DNA of 64,000 nucleotides, from the NCBI GenBank assembly GCA_004764695.1, contig SMSO01000014.1, positions 2,475,648 through 2,539,647 of the forward strand, read 5' to 3'. Source of the stretch: Schizochytrium sp. TIO01. Its lineage: Eukaryota > Protista > Bigyra: Labyrinthulomycetes. Numbering within the stretch: the first letter of the stretch is position 1; the number at the start of each line of letters is the position of its first letter. The translations under genes and the position numbers were made by a program. Positions 44,650 to 57,121 of this stretch are shown piece by piece. The notes below the pieces were generated by a model, which saw nothing but the letters and a program-made list of their open reading frames with translations, had not been told where the DNA came from and searched no databases.

Positions 44650-47600
44650 ATGGCGTCTCCAGGGAGTAAGGAGACCCTTGGCCTGTCCAGTGAAGAAGGG
44701 CAACCCAAAGAGATTTCTCGCACTAAGAAAACTAAGAAAGATGACGACGCATCTTCGCAGGACACAGTTCTTGAACGTTCAATATTGCACTCCTCCACGC
44801 CAACCTCGATTATTGACGGAACAAAACCGAGTGCGGACCAGGCGAAGTTGTCTGAGAGGAGTTACTCAGGTCATGCTATTTCAACTCCTGTACTACAAGA
44901 AAGTGATATCCAGCGGAAAACACAAGATGAGCTAAATATACAGAGAAATGAAGCCAAAATATCAGAACCACAAGGTGACCAATGTGATACGGAGGATGAT
45001 AGTGCCCAACTCATCTCACCGAGGCAAGCAGCTATGGAAAGAACACCACAAACACAACACGAGATAACAGGGCCTGGCAACTTTGATGTTGCCCAAGAGC
45101 CAGATACAGCAACTCTGAATGGATCTCCCCATTCATATTCTCCGACAATCACGAATAGATCAAATGAGCTGACGAATCGTAGTTTAATAGATCATAAAAG
45201 GAACTCACATTCCGATGCCCCATCCAAAGAGTCATGCAGTGGCAACAAGTATTGGGTAGGGTCTCCAAAACATGCAAATGGTAACGATAGAGACCACAAT
45301 TCGGAGCACCAACAGGGAACTTCATTCTCAGGGGAGGAAAGAAATACTCTCAATGATTCTGACCGCTATTGCCTGGATTCCGCCTCATATATGCAACGCT
45401 CATCTTCAACAATTACAAGTGCTGATGCTGATGCGGATGCTGATGCTGATGCGGATGCTGATGCTGATGCTGATGCTGATGGTGCGGTAGCTGAAGAAAG
45501 TATACCAGAATCCTCTGGTGATCTTCAGGATTGCTCTAGGAACCAAAGTGAAAATTTGTTGGACTCACGCAATTTATGGGAATTGGCCTCACGTAAGTCG
45601 TCTCCGAAGGCAACATCTACAAAGTTTAGGTTTCCAAAGATGCGGCAAGATGATCTTGATGCACTTCAACCAAGGTTAAACTCATCAACTTCAACATTGC
45701 GATCAACAGAACAATATGCACAGGATCACAAAGAATTGTCAGCTCGCACACCAAACCCTCCATCCTCAACTACATTACATAATTCGCCCGAAACATTATT
45801 GAAGAGCGAGAGTTTCCGTCACCCAAATCAAATGCACCGTGGAAACCCAGATACGAATGAATCTATTGACGATCAAGATGATCCTCTTGACAATTTTGTG
45901 AATTTAGATGTCAATGAGGGAGATTTGAATGGTACCAAAGAAAACACAAACAAAGATGAATCTCACGCAGCACATTGCGAAGACCGTGCATTTATTGCTG
46001 ATTCGGCCATGCCATTGACTAAGCTTGAGGTACTCAGTAAACAAGGTGCCCACTTTATAATTTACTCCCTACTTACGACATCCGTCTTCAGCATAGGAGT
46101 ATCTTTATATATAATTATTGCCAGTGACTTGGCAACTACGTCTACTACAGTTCCAGCATTGATTGTACTTGAAGGCCTCGAACTTCTAGTAAGTGCCACG
46201 ATTTTGTTTTTTCTCCTAATTAGCTTTCCGCAACGTATTATTGTACGTGGGTGTCGTGGACTTCGCGTGCTCCCGCAGCAAGTTTTGATTGTTATTCTTA
46301 TTGTTTATCTCGCGTTGGTCCCGGATTTTGGCGTTATCACTGCAATTTACTACTGGATCGACTACCTTGACGCGCTAGACCGAGTAAGTAATGTCAACCT
46401 AAATGGAGAGGACATTTATCTCTACCTTTTGACAGAAAATAGTACGACAGCCAATTCAGCCTCGCAAATCTCCATCTCACTTTTGTTCTTTTTTTGGGCC
46501 AGTTTATTGCGCATTGCTGGTTATTACAGTCTTAGCATAGAGGTCCGACTGCAAAAACTTAACCTCCGCGAGACGAAAAGAAAAAAACGCCGACAACCTC
46601 ACATTGTAATTGAGACCGCGAGTGATAGTAAAGCATCGAGCGCTGATAGAACAGCCTTTCATCTCATCAAAGACTCCACGAAGAATGGGTCATCTACTCT
46701 TACACATCAGCCATCTGATGGAATATCAGATGACGAGGAAGAAAGTTTTGCCGATATAGCCACTGATTTGGGTTCTGAACTTGAAACTGATACGGATAGC
46801 AACGAGAGCTTTGACAATGAAAGTGGGTTCCCCCCTGATGACGATCTCATGTTTCGTCGTGCTAGGGATGACAATAACCGCGGATCGACTCTTAAAGAGA
46901 TGGACACATTTATAAGACAGAGAAATCATAAACAACGCATGAGTGAAGATTTGGAACCTGAAGTCCGTGCTGTAGCTCATGCGCATAAAAGACGTTATTT
47001 CCTCAGTGAGGCTCGACGAAAAACTAAATCTTGCGTACACCATATTCAAAAAGCCTCGAATGAAATGGGGATCTTTAGTTGCTATTACTGTTGCTGTTGC
47101 TTCATATGTTGTAGCTATGAGAGATGCGCGAGCCGAACGTCAATTCGCGGTGTCCTGCGTCGTGGTATGGCCTGGAATGTTTTTATTATTATTGTTGTTT
47201 ACACAATATTATTTGCTGTCGTGAACTCAGCTTATAATTTCAGCAGTAGCATTGTTCCATTGGTTGGAATGATTACTGTTTTGCGGGTATGTGGTAATGT
47301 TGATGACCAGCAGCACTCCTATTGCTCGCTAGCGCATTATCCACTTGCTTTCAGAAGAGCATTTTCCAGCGTTGCACTATTCGCTGTAGAAGTCTTTATA
47401 TTTTTTTATATTGGCCGAATTTCACGGCAAGTTTACGAACGCATGGCAGGTGTTCCATATGCTCTCAATCGACCTAATTATCTAGGTTTCGCTTTTACTC
47501 AGACTAGCATCGGTGTTTTCTGGAGTGTCGTTTTCTTTATTTCTATCCTTGAACTCACTATTCCAGATGTTTCAAGCTTTATTTTGCGGCCAGTAGATAA

Positions 47601-49659
47601 CAGCACCACTCTCTCGTCTAATAATTTCACGATGGTCAGTGCTACCACCAGCAATGGAACAGTAGTTGTTTATTACGTGGACCCCCTCTACTCTGTTGGA
47701 ATATCGAATTCTGCCGCCAGCTTTTCTGCTCTTGGCGTACTCTTCACAACATGGGTCTATTTGGTCTCATATGCGTGGCTTCCTGCAGATTCAAGCAAGC
47801 TGAAGGGATGGTTCGTAGGCTCCCGTGACCATAGCAACAAATCAGCCAAGGGTCCAAAACGGAAAGCTGAAGAAATGAATCCGATTGGCGAGCTTATGAA
47901 AACCGAATCGATGGAAACGATTCTCAAGCGGTATTTCGATGAGAATCCTGTACTCATTTCTACAGAGCGTCGCTTTCGAAAAGTTTTTCTTCAACAGCAC
48001 ATGGAATTTGCCCAAAATACCAGGCCCAAACACCAATCAAGGTACCTTTTGCTGAAAGCTACTGGGATATCTGGCCGATTCGATGATGATGAAGTGCACA
48101 ACACAGAGGCGGGTGAAACCACCGCTTGGCAGAAAAACTCTGATTTTGTTACGTTGCAGCAGTCAAAACCTCCAGAACCCGCTTCCAACAGTGAAGATTA
48201 CAATCCATCTGATGCAGTGCATACAGGCTTACAACATGGAGGAGCGTTTTTACATCAAAGCCTGGTTAGGGCACAGTCGAGTAGGGCCTCACGGCTTAGC
48301 GCTGCAAGTAATAAACTGCGCATGATACAACGGCAGCTACTAAGCCATGTTTTAGTAATCGAAACAGAAATCCTTCTTTTCAATTTTGCAGCATTGACGT
48401 ACAAACTAGGTATTGAAGCATGGCGTGTACCACCTGTGGAAGAACTTGCGAAAGTAGGTACATCTGAATTTCGACTGCTAGAGCATATTGTAGACGAAGC
48501 ATTCGATACGCACATTATTGTTGCTCGCAGTGCAGATCGCGTAATAATCTCTTTTCGTGGTACGGTTTCCTCATTGAATGTTGACACCGATCTTGACCTG
48601 CAGATGGCACCATTTCCTCAAGCGCAAAATATAGATCCCCTCCCGAGCACATCAACTATCGAACGTTTGGCCAGCGAAAAAATCCCAAAGATCCATCGAG
48701 GCTTTTTTAAAGCATATGAAAGCATCAAAGAAAGATTGCATGAACTTGTTGATCCTCTTATTCAGCCTTCAGCAAGTTTAGGTCCACCTAGGCAAAAAAG
48801 AGCTGTTTTGTGTACGGGGCACTCTCTTGGTGGTGCCTTGGCTGTTGTTTGTGCCTTTGATTTTGCCTGCTACCTGAAATCTCTTCTCAATGAAAATGAC
48901 CACCCAGCTATTGGTTGCACAACCTTTGGTTGTCCACGTATTGGGACGTATTCTTTCCTGAAACGCTATCGACGCATGGTTCCCTCAACAAAGCGATTTG
49001 TTATTGCAAGTGATATCATCCCTAAAACCCCACCTCGGATGTTTAAAACTATGTACTCAGGTTACCACCATGTTGGCACTGAGTTGTTGCTGGATCTTAA
49101 TGGCAATCTACTCATCTCTCCCCACAGTGTAGAACGTGCGATGCTCCATGGCTTCCGCCGCGTTAACACTCGCATGCATTTTTGCTCGAGATATTGCCTT
49201 GGGCTCACGTTTTGGTGCACGCGAATGAAGATCGATCCTGACATGTGGCCCATTCATATCAATGACATGCTTACATACGCCAAGTCGGATATCTTAAAGC
49301 GTGATAAGAAACTCCTTCAAAGCGCGTATGGTGTTTTCATGAAAGAAGGTGTTATCTCAAATCTTGACGCAGTAGAAAAACGCAACATAGGTACTCAAGT
49401 AGACTTAGAAGCTGGAGAGCTTTTGTTGCCGCGTGAGCAAGTTTTATCAAAGCAAGAACTCATGGAGTTAGACGATGCTGTCTGCCAATACCTCAATTTC
49501 GAAAAAGTGAAGAGCAAGGTGTCAGACGCATCTACTAATTCATCATGTACCCAGATTGACGAGCTATCCGACTCAACGAGTGTACACGTGTTTTCCGTCC
49601 ATCAGCTTGAAGCCCTGCATCGTTTATTACAAACACAGATTTCTAGCGCCAATCAATGA
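44650..49659 (+). CDS. Multi-pass membrane class-3 lipase (DAG-lipase-like architecture)
   Basis: Disordered N-terminus with (AD)10, several transmembrane helices, ISFRGT, IHRGFF..Y, TGHSLGGALA (48817-31), TFGCPRIG, DIIPKTP, YHHVG. Confidence 0.9.
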   Translation: MASPGSKETLGLSSEEGQPKEISRTKKTKKDDDASSQDTVLERSILHSSTPTSIIDGTKPSADQAKLSERSYSGHAISTPVLQESDIQRKTQDELNIQRNEAKISEPQGDQCDTEDDSAQLISPRQAAMERTPQTQHEITGPGNFDVAQEPDTATLNGSPHSYSPTITNRSNELTNRSLIDHKRNSHSDAPSKESCSGNKYWVGSPKHANGNDRDHNSEHQQGTSFSGEERNTLNDSDRYCLDSASYMQRSSSTITSADADADADADADADADADADGAVAEESIPESSGDLQDCSRNQSENLLDSRNLWELASRKSSPKATSTKFRFPKMRQDDLDALQPRLNSSTSTLRSTEQYAQDHKELSARTPNPPSSTTLHNSPETLLKSESFRHPNQMHRGNPDTNESIDDQDDPLDNFVNLDVNEGDLNGTKENTNKDESHAAHCEDRAFIADSAMPLTKLEVLSKQGAHFIIYSLLTTSVFSIGVSLYIIIASDLATTSTTVPALIVLEGLELLVSATILFFLLISFPQRIIVRGCRGLRVLPQQVLIVILIVYLALVPDFGVITAIYYWIDYLDALDRVSNVNLNGEDIYLYLLTENSTTANSASQISISLLFFFWASLLRIAGYYSLSIEVRLQKLNLRETKRKKRRQPHIVIETASDSKASSADRTAFHLIKDSTKNGSSTLTHQPSDGISDDEEESFADIATDLGSELETDTDSNESFDNESGFPPDDDLMFRRARDDNNRGSTLKEMDTFIRQRNHKQRMSEDLEPEVRAVAHAHKRRYFLSEARRKTKSCVHHIQKASNEMGIFSCYYCCCCFICCSYERCASRTSIRGVLRRGMAWNVFIIIVVYTILFAVVNSAYNFSSSIVPLVGMITVLRVCGNVDDQQHSYCSLAHYPLAFRRAFSSVALFAVEVFIFFYIGRISRQVYERMAGVPYALNRPNYLGFAFTQTSIGVFWSVVFFISILELTIPDVSSFILRPVDNSTTLSSNNFTMVSATTSNGTVVVYYVDPLYSVGISNSAASFSALGVLFTTWVYLVSYAWLPADSSKLKGWFVGSRDHSNKSAKGPKRKAEEMNPIGELMKTESMETILKRYFDENPVLISTERRFRKVFLQQHMEFAQNTRPKHQSRYLLLKATGISGRFDDDEVHNTEAGETTAWQKNSDFVTLQQSKPPEPASNSEDYNPSDAVHTGLQHGGAFLHQSLVRAQSSRASRLSAASNKLRMIQRQLLSHVLVIETEILLFNFAALTYKLGIEAWRVPPVEELAKVGTSEFRLLEHIVDEAFDTHIIVARSADRVIISFRGTVSSLNVDTDLDLQMAPFPQAQNIDPLPSTSTIERLASEKIPKIHRGFFKAYESIKERLHELVDPLIQPSASLGPPRQKRAVLCTGHSLGGALAVVCAFDFACYLKSLLNENDHPAIGCTTFGCPRIGTYSFLKRYRRMVPSTKRFVIASDIIPKTPPRMFKTMYSGYHHVGTELLLDLNGNLLISPHSVERAMLHGFRRVNTRMHFCSRYCLGLTFWCTRMKIDPDMWPIHINDMLTYAKSDILKRDKKLLQSAYGVFMKEGVISNLDAVEKRNIGTQVDLEAGELLLPREQVLSKQELMELDDAVCQYLNFEKVKSKVSDASTNSSCTQIDELSDSTSVHVFSVHQLEALHRLLQTQISSANQ

Positions 49660-50353
49660 TTGATTTATTTCTGTAGAACAGTGCACCATCCGTACTCCTC
49701 TGGCTAATTCTCTTCATTGTATTGTTGTTTCAGGTGAACAAGTGAACAACACAATATTTCCTAGAATTTTTTTCGAAGTTGTTGTTAGAATTTGATTTTA
49801 AAATAGGCCAGCAGGACGTAATGTAATGGAATGTTAATAATTTTCTCTAAAATTTATAATATGTTTCCTAACTTTTACTAGACCAGTCAACTCTTTTTTA
49901 AACAACACATTATTATGTAGCAGAATCTGTAATTTGGCATATTATTTTTTGAAGTTATTGCCCTCGTTGGATTTTATTTCCTTTAGATAGATTGGTAGTT
50001 GTCTGTTTACTCTTTACAGGAAAAAAAAAAAAAAAAAAAAAGCAAGCTTGGCGTCAGGCGAAAACCTTGTATTCATCTTTTAAGTGAAACACTCTAGTCA
50101 ATTTGTTTTTCTATAGAATTTTGTTAATTAAAATTTAAAGTATATAAATAAATAGAAAATCTATAAAAGTCAGTGTTCAACGGCTCGTACTAGTAATTAC
50201 TTCTATCCACGGCTCATACTGTAGGTATTAATTTAAAGAATATACAAGTGATTTTTGGGAGGGACTGATCTGATATAACTCAGCTGTTGTGATAGTCGTC
50301 TTTCTTGGTAATCACGTCCATCCCAGAATGACCTGCCCAGGATTCTAATAGCC

Positions 50354-53300
50354 ATGGGTCACGACATCTCGCGCATACATGTGTGTAGTTTACAAGCTCA
50401 GCCCGCCGCAACAGAGTTCGAGAGATGGCCGATCTCGCGTGTTCGTAACGTGCTTCACCGTTGGCGCCGTGAAGGGGAATCTCAAACTTTGCGAACCAAT
50501 GCTCTAACCGAAGAGGATGTATTCGCCCTTCTTGCGGATGATCATGGCGAAAACAAAGATGTTCTTGGCCTTCAATGCAATGAAAGTGTCGCAGGCGGAA
50601 TAGGTAAGGTTAATCATACATCGCTTAGTCTTCACAGGGACAACCTCTCATACAGCGATAGTGAAGAATCATATCGTAGCAAAGCTAAGAAGCAACGAGA
50701 AAATAGTTTTTGCCGGTTTCAAGCGCACATACGTGGGCAGCAAACTAGAAAACGCATCTTGACCTGGAGGAAACTACGGGAAGAGTTGTACTTTGAGGGA
50801 CCGTCAGGGCCAAGTCGGGTGTCTGAGTTTTTTCATCTTTTCTGCTCAATGCATGATACCGCAAACCCATTTGACGGTAGAGAAACGATCGATGCTTTAA
50901 GATTCTTTACAGGCCTTCTGCTTTTATGCCAAGGTAAAAGCTTGTCAAAAGCAGAACTTCTTTTCGAAGTTTTTGAAGCGCTAGGAGACCTCAATCATGA
51001 GATGGAGCTCACTGTAATGCTCATCATCGTCACTCACTCAATTGCACATGTCTACGACGACTGTACAATGGACAAAGAGCTCTTCAAGGCGGCTCATGAA
51101 GAAACGCTCGAGCGGGTGGCGCATCAGATGGTGTCTGAAATTGACCTTTCCCCTCACCACAAGGTTTTGTCATTTAGAAATTGGGCTCTCTCATCTCGAC
51201 CTTTCTCTGATTGGATAAGCCGGGTTTGTCAAGATGTTACCCTCTTAGAGTTTGCTATTGGCGCAGAACGGTGGGGTGTATGTGTCATTTCTCAGACGGA
51301 TTGGCCATTAACTGTACAAACGGTTCAAGGAATCGGACTTTTTGGTGCAAACTCTTCTAGCGCTCCGTTGTCACACATGTCTACTCTTGATCCCAAGCGT
51401 TGTCTTGTAGTCTCCGAGGACAAGCTTTGTGATGCAGAGTATATATATGTATCTATTATTGATGATCTCGGGAGAATCCTTGTTCAAAGCGATTGGGTTA
51501 AGGGCATAAACCAGGAGGTGCAGTTTGGTGCGATTGAAAGAGAATTTCCTCGTGGCGTTGGGCGAGCATTTTCATTCAATATAAGCCAGGAAGATTGGTC
51601 GTCTTCAGACATAATCGGTGTATTCGATAAGGGTTGCCCATCTGGGTCTTGCGGGGCGTATGTTGAACAAAAATTGCACCGAGCAATTTTCCAGCAACGA
51701 TGTGTGACATTTGCAGAGTTTCCTCGTCCTGGGTATAAACTGGTATGGTTCGATGACCAGGAAAAGGCAAAGGCATCCTATTTGCAGTTTGGACTTGAGA
51801 ACTCTCAAGCAAAATTTGCACGTTTGATCAACGCACCTTTTTCCTTCGAAAAAGGGGAAAGGGTTGTTGCTCGTGCTAATGTTCAACGGCAAGCATCTTG
51901 CAATTGTAAAGGGAATTGCACGGAAAATTGCCATTGGGTCCAAGGAGAAGTGTTAGAAATTGTATCAAATGGAATTAAAGTTCGGTTTGTTCGGGATGAG
52001 AATCCAGAAATGAATGTCGGAGAGTTTGATTTTTCTGCAATAATCAGTCCGGGTCACTTGTTCAACCTCGCTTTACCTCATGAAATACCAAGCAACGGTG
52101 ATCGACTTCTATGCCAACGACCTAGCGCGTCCTGGGAGTTCCTGCCATGTGTTGTGATCGATAGTGGATGGCTAGAGCTGAGATACATGCAGCTAAGTAA
52201 AGGAAGAAGTCCACGCCCACTCTACATTGCTCGTAGTGAGCAATTCAGGCTGGTTCTTGCGCCATTCGAGCTCGGTAAATTACGAGGAACCCATATCGGT
52301 GCGCATATATATTGTGATCTTTTGTATGTGCAAGATAGGTATTTGCAGCAAAACAACGACGAATCTCTGCAAGGTGATTATGTGGGTCTTTTTCATAAAA
52401 TTGATCCACATTCTCAGCTAATGCCAGATAACCGTGATCTCATAGTAAGAGTGAGCAAGTCAAATATTGAGAAAAGGCAAATATGTTTCGATGCGTATTA
52501 TTTTAAGTCACCTTATGGGGGGTTTTTTGAGGCACGTTACATTCACAAAGGAGAAATTACATCAATTTCACAACCTTTGATTCTTCGTCCAATTGTAATT
52601 TTGCGAGATGTCTACCAAGAGAAGCGGGGTTTTATTATCGGACAAGCCCAACGCATGGTTTGTCAACTCGAAATCCTAGATAATGCGGCATGGACATGTT
52701 GGGATCGTGTAGAACTTATTTTGGAAGAGAATTCCGAAGCCATCATAGCCTGGGGCTACGTCAGCCTCCAGCGTCGTGACTCGCAAAAAGTTTCTGTTAG
52801 GGTTCCTGACGATTTGCAGCCAGGAAAATATCGTTGGCGTTATACAGGATTCTATTCAGAAGCTTGCGAGGTTGGCAAGGTTTTCCATGTCAGCCGCCTA
52901 ACACGGGAGGATATACTTGCCGACATGGATCCTTTGGAGAGACAAGAAGCAATTGCAATCGAAGCAGCCAAAAGGTTAGATTCATCTAGGCATCAAGCTG
53001 CGGTTAAAGTTCAGTGTTGGGCCAGGTGTGTATCGGCTCGCTATAAAGTCAATGTTCAGCTCGATTCAAAACGAGAAATTAAAAATAAGCTTGAGGGAGA
53101 GCTGGCTGTGGCACAAGCAGAATATAAAGATGTGTGTAAATCCAATGCACGGAGAAGCTCCCATCTTATCAGTCGGCGCGATCGTCAACGTCAGGAAAAT
53201 GCCAGAGAGGCTATAGAACAGCTTCAAGAGCAACTTGCTCAATTAACTGCTGGTGTTTCTGCAGAGCAACTAGAAATAGAAAGGCATCGTATTTGCGCTT

Positions 53301-55806
53301 TACAAGAACAAGCTGCAGAGGAGCGAACAGAACGAGAGAAAATGGAAGCATTTCAACTTGAGAGCAAACGCCGTTCTAAGATCCGTACATCCAAAGAGGT
53401 TAGGCGAAGCCCGTTAATCTTCCCTAGAAAGGATGGCCTTTGTTTAGATAAATCAGATACACTAGCCGCCGATGAGCTCGCAGAATGGGTAACTAGCTCA
53501 GGAATTGAGGCTTTTGAAGATGAGGACTTTCCTACTACTACGGCGAGCCTATACTGCAGTAAGGAGGCTTGGATGAGTCATATTTTAGGTAGCCCAGGGC
53601 GTGTTGACTTTGAAAATGACATGCAGAAAATAGTTTGGCTACGTCCAAAGGAGCTTTTTTTCGATCCCAAAGACAAAAACGCTCTGATTCCTCTTGTGCC
53701 TGAAGAACTTTTCTGGCGAAAGATTCCGGAACCTCAGCGACCTCAAGCACCTGAAATCCTCGCCAAACTTGAAGCTTTCCACTTTGCTCTTATGACTCTT
53801 GCAGATCGCTCAGAGCATGTATTAAGTCATATTTTGGATGCAAGTCATGCAGAATTAGGAATGTACAGTGTGAAATTGTTCTGGAAAGGTCAATGGGTAC
53901 GTGTAACTATTGACGATCGATTTCCTGCAATTCAAATTAACGGCCGCCACTCACCTTTGCTGACAACTTCGGATCCAAAACTTGTTGGTCTGTGGGTGTA
54001 CATTATTGAAAAGGCTGTGGCTAAGTTATTCCAGAGCTATGAGGCTGCTTTTGCTGCTTTAGATTCTGTCGAGTCGGCTTTAGCACTTTTGTCCGGAGGA
54101 GTTGCGATGAAATTTGACATCGTAGCTGATCAGATTCCGGGGCCCGAATATGAAGCTTGGGACGATCCAAGCCCCATTATACACTATTCACGGCCACAAG
54201 GAGTCACGATGCCATTGCATGCCCCTCCGAACCGACAAGATTTACTCTCGTTCAATATGCAAGAACAATTTCCTGATATGGACACCTTTTTTTCGCGAAG
54301 TCTCAGGGTGAGGATTCATTTTCAGTAGAAATAGTCGACATCAAGTATAGTAAGGACTATGAGGCAGAAATTGCCTCAGGGTTACCCAACTTTATTGTTG
54401 TTCGCAAGCTACTGGGTCAAGATGAGGAACCACTCGGAAGAAGATGGCGATGGAATGGCGAATGGGCAAATGATAATGAAGAGCTCTGGTCTGATGAGCT
54501 ACGGGAGGTTTTTCCTGACTTTGACTACATTGGGGATGGCACAATTTGGATGCCTTTTGAAGATTTTTCTATGTGTTTTAAGAGCTGGAGTGTGTGCGCA
54601 ATTGTAAAACCAGGTGTTCCGTGTGCTAGTTCAGTCCAACAAATTCACTGGAAAGGGGACTTACGGACCTGCGGGGGTCCAAGATTTCCTCGTGCATATG
54701 AGAATCCAATCGTTGATATTGAAACGAATGGAAGCACTGTTTTAATCCAAGTTTTTCCAGACATACAATTACCAGAAGTTAGATTGGTGCAAATGCAGCT
54801 TGCCAATCAAGAGGAAGGTCGCCCTCGTATCGACGTTTTGTGCACTGAGAATATAGGATCGGCGACCCAGCTTATCGCTAATAATACTGACCCTGAGTCG
54901 TACCAGGTTCAACTCCTGTTGTGGGCGCCAGGACTTGAAGCAAGTGCCACTGTGAGAATTTTAAGTGTAAATACGAATACACGCGTATTTTCAGCTGTAA
55001 ATCAAGAGCACCTCAAGCTTTGTAAGCAGACGGAAGATACATTATTGCAAACTCCCCATACACTTACACTCAACGGGATCCCAGAACCCAGTGTAGGAAA
55101 TGAGTTGTGCCCTACCTGCAGCGGTTATGTGGGACATGGAGCATCTGCAGACACTATTCAACTCAAGGGAGGAGCAACATGGCACTCTTCATGTGCAATA
55201 AAATGTAGTTGGTGCGGAAATCGAGTAGCAGAAGTCATGGCGCTAGATCGAGGCTCTCTCGTGTTAGAACCTTCATGCGGTTTTTGTTGGGAAGAGCGTT
55301 TTGCAGATGAATGCAAGATATGTGCTGAAGTTGGACCTCCTGCTTTGGTCAATGCCGAAGTTCTGAAAAATCCTGACCATAAGGCCTTGAAGCCTCTAGA
55401 GATTTTGATGGATCATGTTGAAATTCCGCCATCTGTTCAGGGCTACGATGGGCGTTGTAGAGCGTGCATGCTGCGTGAACGACTTGAGTCAAGTGTCAAA
55501 TGTCGTTATTGTGGGATCGCCCTCCTCGGAGATTGCATGGATCTGGTCCTCAAGGATGACGCTAATTTACACTTAGTGTGCCAACAACTGTATATTCAGT
55601 CGCAGTCTCCTACATGCGCTTATTGCAATGACCCTATATGTGAAGTTGAAGGTAGATTTTCTGGTAAAGCCCGTAAATGTCGCCTTGGTGTCGTGCACGA
55701 GGAGTGTCACGCTCCTGCGATTCAAGCTGCAGGCCGACAGACGCAGAAAGGTTCTCGTGCGTCAACAATGAGCGTTATTACTGGGCTTGATACTCATGCT
55801 CAGTGA
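50354..55806 (+). CDS. Large calpain-like (catalytically degenerate) multidomain protein; one gene with a frameshift at ~54290 joining track ORFs 50354-54328 and 54550-55806
   Basis: CysPc motifs FEDEDFP, WLRPKE, GQWVRVTIDDRFP, LWVYIIEKAVAKL..SYE and LSGG lie in ORF1. The domain continues as WNGEWAND..W..DGTIWMPFEDF in the frame of ORF2, which is open from 54277. A T7 run sits at 54287-93. IQ motifs and C-terminal LIM-like Zn fingers are present. Confidence 0.8.
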
Positions 55807-57121
55807 AAAGTTACATGGTCATAAACAAAGAAATTTACAAATAACATCTTTCAGTGCGCAAATCCAATTATTAAGAAAGGCAATTAATCTCCATGACTGC
55901 TATAACTCAGTCAAAAAGCTTTCCCGTTATAAAAACCTTCTATCTATTTTATGTAACAACAAATATCCAGTAGTTCAAGATCATAATTCCTTATCGATAA
56001 AACTAGTGTGTTTAATGCTAGTGAACTAGGCTGGTTCTGTCAGAAGAAGAAGGGAAGGAACGAACAAGGATAACATCAACAGAGCGCAAATGGCGCAGAG
56101 TTGCTTAAAGTCTAATTCTAATTAAGCAAAATTTAAAGGATGGAGCATTAAAAAAATATAATCTTTAATCATTTTAGTAAAATAGAAAATAATGAGTTTC
56201 ATAAGCTAGCTTGCCTGTGTGGTAAAGGAAACTTTCGCACTTACATTCGTTGCTCCATTTTGGGTCTAGATTCTGAAATATCATCTACCACTACCGCATC
56301 TTTTATCTTTCAAAAATGTAGAATATTGAAATATCTTACACTCACAAATTAAGGTAAAGTTAAACATCCGTTACATTTAGAGCCATCTTGAGTCAAGATC
56401 GAGTAGTTTTGCTTGGCCATACAAATTATTCTACGAGTAGTTTGCGGCCATAACAAATGGAAAAGACAGCATGGAATAACACAAAGGAGAACATCTCACC
56501 TCTTAGTATTCTCAGTAAGCAAAAAGAATGTAACAAGTGAGAATAAAAGGGTTCCGTTATAAAGGTGTGTACTTTGGAGTCACATTGATCCGGTGAGGTG
56601 CAAACGTTTGTGCCGGCACGTGTCCGCCTAAGATTGTAGGTACTGTATCCAAAATAGCCCTGGAAAAAGCCTTTTAAATATCACCCAATAAAACAGAAGT
56701 AGAGAAGCGGAATTCTCTGATCATACATCAAGTCAAGAAGATCAAGATTATTGCAAAAGACGTTGGTTGCCACGACTGGTGTGTACTTGGTGAGTACGAG
56801 ACAAAAGTCAGAATCCTACTCTTTAGAAAACTACAAGGACAGAACAGAGATAAAAAGGTAGAGCATATATTTGAGAAACCAAGAATAGCGTTTAAACATT
56901 CTTCATAACGCTCGCCTACGTTGCAAGGTGTGTGCTTCTATTGTCTAGAGCAAACTTCAAAGTAGAGCCAAAGAGGCGGGCAGGCCAGAGCACAAGCGAG
57001 CTCGCGGTGGTGCTCGCGGTGGTGTTTCGTTCCTTACCCACGTCTTCGCAAGAGGGAATAAGGATATAGCTCCCTGGTCAACACGTCCTTCGAGAAACCT
57101 TGAGCCAAACTTTTGGCGACT

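Noticed and set aside
50021-50041. A21 tract considered as a retroposon tail
   Set aside because: No target-site duplication or recognisable upstream element; lies in an AT-rich intergenic region
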